From Blastocystis sp. Blastoise (Eukaryota; Protista; Bigyra: Opalinata), in assembly GCA_039096225.1 (NCBI GenBank), contig JBBPEB010000024.1, positions 62,001 to 126,000 on the forward strand: a stretch of DNA of 64,000 bases, read 5' to 3'. Every line of letters starts with the position of its first letter. Within the stretch, counting starts at the first letter, position 1. This document shows, one piece after another, positions 55,561-64,000 of this stretch. Below the pieces are notes generated by a model. The model was given only the letters and a program-made list of their open reading frames with translations, ran no database searches and was not told the DNA's origin. A program made the position numbers and the translations under genes.

Positions 55561-56768
55561 ACATTTTGATTTCGTTGTCCAATCGTATTAATTTATATAA
55601 TAACCGTGTTTATTAGATGTATTTCAAGAATTTAAATTAATAAAAAATGAAAAGAATAATTCATATTATGACGTTAGGATTTGACTATTTGATCCAATCA
55701 ATCGATTTTTAAGTTTCTATTAGAAGTTCGTCTATTGTACTATATAATTCTAAGAATTTGCTTTTTGGCAATTTTATCTATTTTTATTTATTTATATTCA
55801 TTCCTTATTTTAATCAATATATACATTTATTTTGTTATATAACTTTTATTTATACTATTAATTCAATAAAATAACTTAATAGACAAGGATCATAATATAA
55901 TTGTCTGTAATTGTTTTAAAAAATAAGATTAACAGACAAATAAACCATAAATAGCTATGAAATAAATCTGATTAAAAAGAGTAACCTAAAATTACGTTAT
56001 ATAACATACTTTTAATTTACTTACAAATAAACTAATTCAGCCAATACTTTATATAAGAGCTATGTTTTTATATGGTATAAGTTTATAAATCTTATAAATA
56101 TGATTTTAGTAAATAGAACTTATTTTTTGATAATTAACAGATTTCTTGACTCTTTTAATTTTCATATATATTATTACAGTGTCATGAAAATATTGTATAA
56201 GGACAAATACATAAATATTAATCTTAAATAACTGTTTTAAGAGTATGAACTGTGAATTGATTAAGAAAAATATTTAATAGATGACGAGATTCAAGTTAAA
56301 ACGTTTTGTTTGGTATATGGTATTCGTTTTTCTTTACTATATCAAAAGGACAAATAGTTTTATAATGGATCAAGTAAATGTCGAAATGGAAAATGTTGTT
56401 TAAAAATCATGAATACGTATGTATTGTACTTAGTTGTTTGTATTGAGTATACTGACCAGAATTCAGTTAAAAATAATAAACTACAGTCGTTAAAGTATTA
56501 ATGATTGCTGAATATACTCTGTATTTGAGTATATTTTGAAAATAAAAAATGAATCTAAGTTTTAAAACTGTATTTAACTCAATTCAAACATATTTTGAAT
56601 AAGCTACACTTTTGAGAATAAAACAGATTACAACTCATTTCAGAAACTATGAAGTTTTGAAGGATGAAGAGCTATAAATAATTTAATAAATACATTAATA
56701 AGTGTAAAAAGAACATATAATTAAAACGTTTATTAAATAAAAAAAAATATATATATATATATAGAATG

Positions 56769-56836
56769 ACTTATGTCAGGAGTTGAACCTGATTGTTATC
56801 GAATTATGATAGCCTCTCACCTTATAGAGCATAAGA
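56769..56836 (-). ncRNA. tRNA-like cloverleaf, copy D (third stem partly decayed)
   Basis: TCTTATG-CTCT(ATAAGG)TGAG-AGGCTATC(ATAATTC)GATAACAA-TCAGG(TTCAACT)CCTGA-CATAAGT. Confidence 0.6.
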
Positions 56837-56969
56837 GTAATAATAAATAATAATAAAATACAATATTTAATATATATATCTAAAAAAGATGAATCAATAA
56901 TATAGATATATAAATATATACTTATCTCTTTCATATATATTTATCAAATAGAATACATATTACTGTTGC

Positions 56970-57013
<44 letters not shown>

Positions 57014-57199
57014 GAAAAAATTATTTTAATATATAAATTAAATATATAAACAAGAAACATATAAAATAATAAGTATAAATAAGAAATAAAAAGGATAAAA
57101 TCTTTTTATTAATAAAAATAAATACTATATTAATTAGTATAGTAGATAGAAATAGTTTAAATATGGAGAGAAGTATATATATAGATATAAGATGATAAA

Positions 57200-59100
57200 A
57201 GATAGGAATTGAATATAAAAAAATGAAAACATGAATATGAAGAATATAGGAAAATAAATTAGGAAAAAGAAAAATATTAAGTAAATGAGAAGAAGAAGAA
57301 GGAGGAGTTAGTTAATAGGATAGAGAATAAAAAGCATATATATAAAGAAGAAGAATAAGAATAGGAAGCGAGTAAAAAATAAGATAAGAAGGTAAGAAGA
57401 AAAGAAAGATAGATGGATAATAAAAAGTCATGTATAGGAGAAGAAGAGAAAACAGATAGAGAAGAGAGTTAGAAGAAGAACAAGGGAGAATAAATTAAGA
57501 AGGAAATAAAAATATAAGTAGAGTACACATAGGAAGTACAAGTGTAAATGTAGGAAAAAAGATAGTATATGATGAAAGAAAAAGAGTATAAAAGATTATA
57601 TATATATATATATATAATTGATATTATGTGTAATAAATCGAGAGAATATTGAGATAAAGAGGAAATAGATGAAAAGGAATAAAATTAGAATAATATAAAG
57701 AGTAAAGAAGGAGAAGACGAAGGAGAAAAATGATATATAGAGATATCGAAATCGAAGAAGGAAATGATAGAAGAAGTAGAAGAATGATGATAAAAGAAGA
57801 AGGAAGAGTAGGAGGAGGAGGAAAATAATGATATATAGAAGAAGAAGAAGAAAAAGTACATATAGAAGATATAGAAATAGAAAGAGATAGAGATAGAGAG
57901 AAAGAGAATGATAAAATGAAGAGAAGGAGACTGAGAAGGAAAAGAAGGAAAAGAAAGATATATAGAAGGAGAATAAAGAGAAGCATAAAAAGAAGAAGAA
58001 GATACGGAAGAATATGGAGAATAAAGATATATAGAGAAATAATGAACATCAAAATATATAGATAAAGAAAGGTATATTGAAGATATAGAAGAAAAGAAGG
58101 AGAAGAAGGAGATATTTAAGAAGAAGAAAGAGACAAGAAGAAGATACAGTAGAAGAATACTATGGAAAATAATGATAAATAGAGGATACAGAAGAATAAG
58201 AACAATAAATAGAAGAAGAAGAAAGATATATAGAAGAAGAAGCAAAAATAAGATATATAGAAGAAAAACGATATATAGAAGAGGAAAGATAAGAATAAGG
58301 ATATATAGAAAAAATAGAAAACATAGGAGGAGAATGATATAGATAAAATGTATAAGAAGAATAATGGCAAATAGAAGAAGGAATGCAGAGGAAGGATATA
58401 TAGAGAGAAAAAGAATATATATACGAAGGATATATAGAGAGAAAAAGAATATAAAGACGAAGGATATATAGAAGATGAAGGATATATATAAGATATAGAA
58501 GAAGAATAAAGATATATATAAGATATAGAAGGGGAATAAGGATATATAGAAGAAGAGGAAGAAGAAGAGATACAGAAGAGATTGAGAGAAGGAGATTGAG
58601 ATTGAGAAGCAAAAGAATGGTATATACAAGATATAGAAGCATAAGGATAAATAGATGAAGAAGAACGAGTAGGAAAAGAATATTGGAGACAGAAAAGGAG
58701 AAGGGGAATAAGGATATATAAAAGAAAAAGGAATATAGAAAGAACGTCTAGATGAAGAATTAAAAGGAATAGCGAATAGAAAAGTAGAAGTGGAAAGATA
58801 TGAAAAGGAAGTAATGACATAAGAAGAAAATGAAGAAGAACAAGAAGATTAAGATATAGAGGTGGAAATGAAGAGAAGATGTAATTATAGAAGGAGAACA
58901 CAAAAAGGAAAGATAAGAAGAATGTAAGGAGAATGATAAGTAAGAACTAAAGAAAAAAGGTATATTATATAATGAAATGTGATATTGAGTAGTATTAATA
59001 GTAGTAACAATTACCCGAATCAACACGATGACTATAAGAAAAATATAAAGTATAACAAAGAAATTAATAAGAATAAAATGGAAAAGAAGGCAAATATAGA
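57200..59100. repeat. Purine-skewed low-complexity tract with degenerate (GATATATAGAAGAAG)-type repeats
   Basis: Plus strand is almost only A/G/T; it produces overlapping low-complexity minus-strand ORFs. Confidence 0.75.
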
Positions 59101-59125
59101 CAAAAAGAAAACCAAATATATATAG

Positions 59126-59167
<42 letters not shown>

Positions 59168-59322
59168 ATATAATTAAAAAAAAAGAAAAAAGTGCATAAA
59201 TTAATATTAATAAAAACTTCAAATAAGTACATAGAAGAAACTAATAATATGTATAAATAGAAATAATTTTCAAAAATTAAGAAATTTATATTATAAAATC
59301 AAAACATAAGAAGTTAATAATA

Positions 59323-59353
<31 letters not shown>

Positions 59354-60875
59354 CATAAAAGAGAAGAACCAAGAATTTAGTGACAAGAAAAGCAAGAACT
59401 AGATTTAATAGCTATATAACAACCTATATAAACATTAATATAATTATATAATTATATTTATATAAAAAAAATGTAGAAAATATATACATCTAGAATCAGA
59501 ATATGAGTTAAACCAAGTAACTTCAAATATGAATATTTGAATTGTAGATGTAGTGATTATGTGAATAGATCATGATTCTGTATGATTCAAGACAAATCTG
59601 TTTAGACATTTGACCAATTGATTTTTTGAAAGTTTCAAGCAACGCTCAGTTAACATAGCCAAGCATTTCCCACTCATTGATAAAACCTAAAGAAATAGTT
59701 TTATATGGTGACGTCACATCATCCCATTTATAACCACGACACAATAGCTGACCATCTAGTACAACCACTTTACATCACCTAGATTAGCTCATAATAGAGA
59801 AAGAGAACATACCAGTTTAGATCAATCTGCCAATGGAGACTGGAAGGTACTCTAATATACTCCTAGGGACTATATATAGATAGATATATGCTTAGAACAT
59901 ACAAAAGCTAAATTAATCATATTTTTTATATGATTATTGAAACTTCACTATAAATTAACTTATTAAAAATTATTAAAATCCTAATATTTCTACTTTTTAT
60001 TATTAATTATTTTATTTAAATAGTTTAATCAGTTATTCTCACTCCTGATGTCTTGTTGTTGTTATTGGAGTATGTATTTAAGTAAATAAAATTAGTTAAT
60101 TGATTAATTATTTATAGAGTGTTGAATAAAATAAAATTGATGCTTCTTGTCATAAGGAAATCGTTAGACTTGATGAAGACAACAAGAATTAGTTGATTAT
60201 GTGATACTCACTAGATTGTCTAAATGTGTAAAATTGTCAGAAATGATGAGTTTATGTGTGTTTGAATTTGAATTCTACATTAATTAAAATACGTCTTTTA
60301 GTAATTAATTTAATTTTAGGGAAGTTACAAACATAATTGATTTCTCTTGGTGATATGTTGAGATAGAATGCCTTTATTATGAATTTCTATTAATAATTTA
60401 AATTTAATCATGACTCGTATAAGCCAAAGTTGATTATAATAGTTTTTTAGGTAATGTAAATTTGTTAAGGTTCTTCAAAAGTTTTTAAAGTTGGTTAGAA
60501 ATGATTCTTAGTGTCAATCATATTAATATAAACAGTAGAAATGCCTTTTAAGAGTATAAACAAATAATGTATTGCGTGTTTATAGACTTCAAGATATTAT
60601 TGATGAATATTTATTTTTTATTTGTGTGTAAAATTGATGAATAGGATACATAACTCAACAAAATAATGACTAGATAATTTTGGGTGATTGTAATTAATGA
60701 ATGTGTTTGGTTTTAAGTAAAGGTATCTAAAATTATTATAAAAGAGCGACTAACGACGTATAGAGTTGATTCAATTGCATGAAACTCAATGTATTTATTC
60801 ATATTGGTTCTAATGAATGAGAATACCTATAGGGAAAAAACATTTAAATTTTTTTATAAAAAATATAGTATACAA

Positions 60876-60943
60876 CCTTAGATCAGGAATTGAACCTGAT
60901 AGCAATCTATTAATGATTGCTACTGACCATATTCAGTCTAAGG
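60876..60943 (-). ncRNA. tRNA-like cloverleaf, copy E (all 24 bp Watson-Crick)
   Basis: CCTTAGA-CTGA(ATATGG)TCAG-TAGCAATC(ATTAATA)GATTGCTA-TCAGG(TTCAATT)CCTGA-TCTAAGG. Confidence 0.78.
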
Positions 60944-60962
60944 AATATTAATTATATGAATA

Positions 60963-60995
<33 letters not shown>

Positions 60996-60999
60996 TTGA

Positions 61000-61713
61000 A
61001 GAAAAGAGACTATAAAAATATTGTAATTATATATATATATACTCTATTACACCTATTAATACTAACCTAAATAATAAAAACATGTAGAATAAAAAGATTA
61101 TTTCAATATACAATAGAATATAATGTAATTAAGAATAAAGTTAAAAATAGAATATTAGCAAACAATATATATAATAAATATATACAATATATACTATCTA
61201 TATTAAGTTGTATACGAACATAGAAGATAAGCTAAAGATACGTTCTATATATAGATTAAAAAAAAATTAATATATATATAAATAAAATAAACACATTATA
61301 TTGTTATAATAGAAAATACTACATAGCAAGCTATATAAATATAAATAAAATACATACAAAAGGATTGTATACATTATTTGTAATAATTCATAAAAGCTGA
61401 TTATAGACTATATATATAAAATGAATGAATAAGACGGCATGAATTAATTAAGGGAATACCAAGTCTATATATATATATATATGAATATATACATATATGT
61501 AATTATGAGAAAAATATATATATAAAGTAAAAAATATATATATTTAAATATAACATAGGAACATATTATGTATATGTATTAAAACAATTAAAATACATAC
61601 TCTTTACGTAGAATCTATTTAATATCTTCACAAACTATATATATTAATAATAGTACACTATAGTGAGTATAAATGTATATAATAGAAAAGAAAGCTGGAA
61701 AATATAAAGAAAA

Positions 61714-61756
<43 letters not shown>

Positions 61757-62639
61757 AGAAAATAAGGTTTAACATAATACAAAAGTAAATCATTCAAAAC
61801 AATTATATATATCCTTAATCCTATATATAATAAAAATGATATTAGTATAGTATTATAAACAAAAAGAAAATGTAGTATACATAACACTAAGTGTATATAT
61901 AATTAGTATCAAAATAAATAGATAATATATATAAAAGGAGATAAATACAAAGTATATATATTATCATAGAAAATATACTAGTATAATTGAACAAAAGAGA
62001 TAAAAAGAAGAGTTATTACTGTTACTACATATATATACATAATTAACTATAAACAAATTATATTATAAAATGATAATACATAATATAGTTATAGAAAGAA
62101 AAAGTGATATAAAAGAATAAAATAGAAGAATAGTTGAGATAAAATTATATATACAAATAATATTACCTTTTGTGTCAATTATAAAAAATGTATTATATAT
62201 ATAATAAGATAAAAAGACTATATACTTAAAAACTCATGAGAAAAATAAAAGGATAACTGATATATTACTATATATAAGTCTATAAGTTTATATTTATATA
62301 ATAAGTATATATAAAAGTATATATATAATATATTTATATATACCTTAAATACATAAAAATAATGTAGTAATAGAACTAAAGACCACTATATATAGATAAT
62401 TCTTCATTATTCTATTTATATATAACTTTGACTTTGATAAATAATATATATATATATATATAAAGTTTAAGAATAAACAATTGATATGAACTGATTCTAG
62501 TATATATTATCAACTTCCAAAATAAAACATATATCAATTTTCTAAAGAGTATATATTTGGTAAATATATCTGTGAATATGTTATATAGAGAGAAAAATGT
62601 ATAAAATAATAATATAAAAAGAATACAATAAAAGTCTAT

Positions 62640-62726
<87 letters not shown>

Positions 62727-63980
62727 TTCTTCAACTAAAGCAACATTCGTATATTTATATAACACCTATATAATATATATATGTAATTACAGTTTTACTA
62801 GTTATATTTTTATATAACTAATAAAACTATAGAGACATGAATAACAGAAATATAAACAATAGGATATTATTAGTAATTATAGGTACATAATATAAATTAT
62901 ATAAAAAAAATAAAAAATTATTGTACGGAAAATAGAATAATATATAAAAATAATGTGAAACAATATACTACAATAAAACAATTACTTACATATAAAAACT
63001 ATATACCTTAGATATAAAAATTGATGACCATGAAGTTTATAACATAAGGGAAACGTCACATTCTCTATATAAAAATACTAGTTAATATATAAATATATAT
63101 ATATATATATTAAGAAGTAATAGAAAATAATATGCTAATAATTAAATATATATATAATATACCTAGTCACATAATAGTATTGATGTAGAGAAGCTAATGA
63201 GTACATAGCTTAATAATACTATATATATGAATAAGAATAAAATATATCGAAAATAAATAATACATATATATATATATAAACTATAATAAAAGAATGATAA
63301 TTAATAGTCCTATATAGAAAAATAATATAATAAATTAATAAAATATTAAGAATTTATAAATAATAAAAATATATATATATATATTTGAACCATATATCAA
63401 TGTTAGAGCCTCAGTTATAACAAAAATAAATAACTACAATATACAAATTTAATTAAACAAATATATATAATTTTAATAATATAAAAATAAAAAAATATAT
63501 ACTTTTTAGCCATATTCTTCTAGTATTTTTTTTTGTATATATAACCATATCAATTTACTCCATATATCTATAGAAAAAAATAATTATTTAATATATTTAT
63601 ATACTTTTAAGGACTCGATAATTGTGCTGAAATCGAAAAGTTACAAAAATTCCAAAACAATAATCACTTGCCATTTCTATATAATTAGATACAATATAGC
63701 ATTAATAACATAAATATATACTTCTGATAAAAAAATAAAATAATAAAAATCAAAAGAAGGACCTAGACATCAATTTTCTTAGTAGATGGAGACCAATTAC
63801 TTTTTTCTTTTGAATTTCCTAAATAAATAATTAAATATACAAACAAAAAACAAAATAATATACCACTAGAACATACACCAAAGAATATTCTTAAAGAGAG
63901 AAATTCCGATCATTGCGTTTTCTTCCAATATTGTAGCCAACTCCACCGGGCTCTCTAAATCATGTTTCTAAACCTATATA
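61000..63980 (-). pseudogene. Decayed multi-exon gene remnant, unidentified
   Basis: Recurrent minus-strand TATAG|...|GTATA exon-like blocks with stops. Confidence 0.3.
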
Positions 63981-64000
63981 AATAATGGTAAATCAAATAA

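Noticed and set aside
57624-59232. Hydrophobic membrane-protein-like ORFs on the minus strand
   Set aside because: Several frames are open at once because of T/C-rich low complexity; no credible domain.
59710-59717. TGACGTCA CRE-like site
   Set aside because: Single 8-mer inside a decayed coding-like block; no supporting context.
49390-60943. Annotating the cloverleaves as ordinary tRNA genes
   Set aside because: They lack positions 8-9, 26 and the variable loop, have an 8-bp third stem, and show no conserved U33 or anticodon.

Overview
Very AT-rich eukaryotic DNA with short GT-AG introns and many (TA)n/(AAT)n microsatellites; the organism cannot be established from the sequence alone. The window is a nest of transposable elements. 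It holds a ~10 kb non-LTR retrotransposon (2684-aa RT + restriction-like endonuclease ORF) joined to a tRNA-Phe(GAA) gene, a DD34E IS630/Tc1/mariner element with ~500-bp TIRs, and a ~12.5 kb Helitron (Rep-Pif1 helicase plus a micro-exon cargo gene). It also holds further Helitron termini, three CACTA/EnSpm transposase copies, hAT and MULE remnants, two hAT MITEs and a decayed NOL6/Utp22-like gene. The most unusual signal is a five-copy family of 66-68 nt tRNA-like cloverleaves on the minus strand (49390-60943). They show compensatory base-pair changes, conserved T-loop and D-loop GG, no linker nucleotides and no conserved anticodon, and they sit inside transposon-derived DNA. The next most unusual signals are tRNA T-arm-associated tandem retrotransposition that leaves the tRNA intact, and arrays of symmetric 30-nt micro-exons inside a Helitron. 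All calls come from manual reading and motif recognition; no searches were run.
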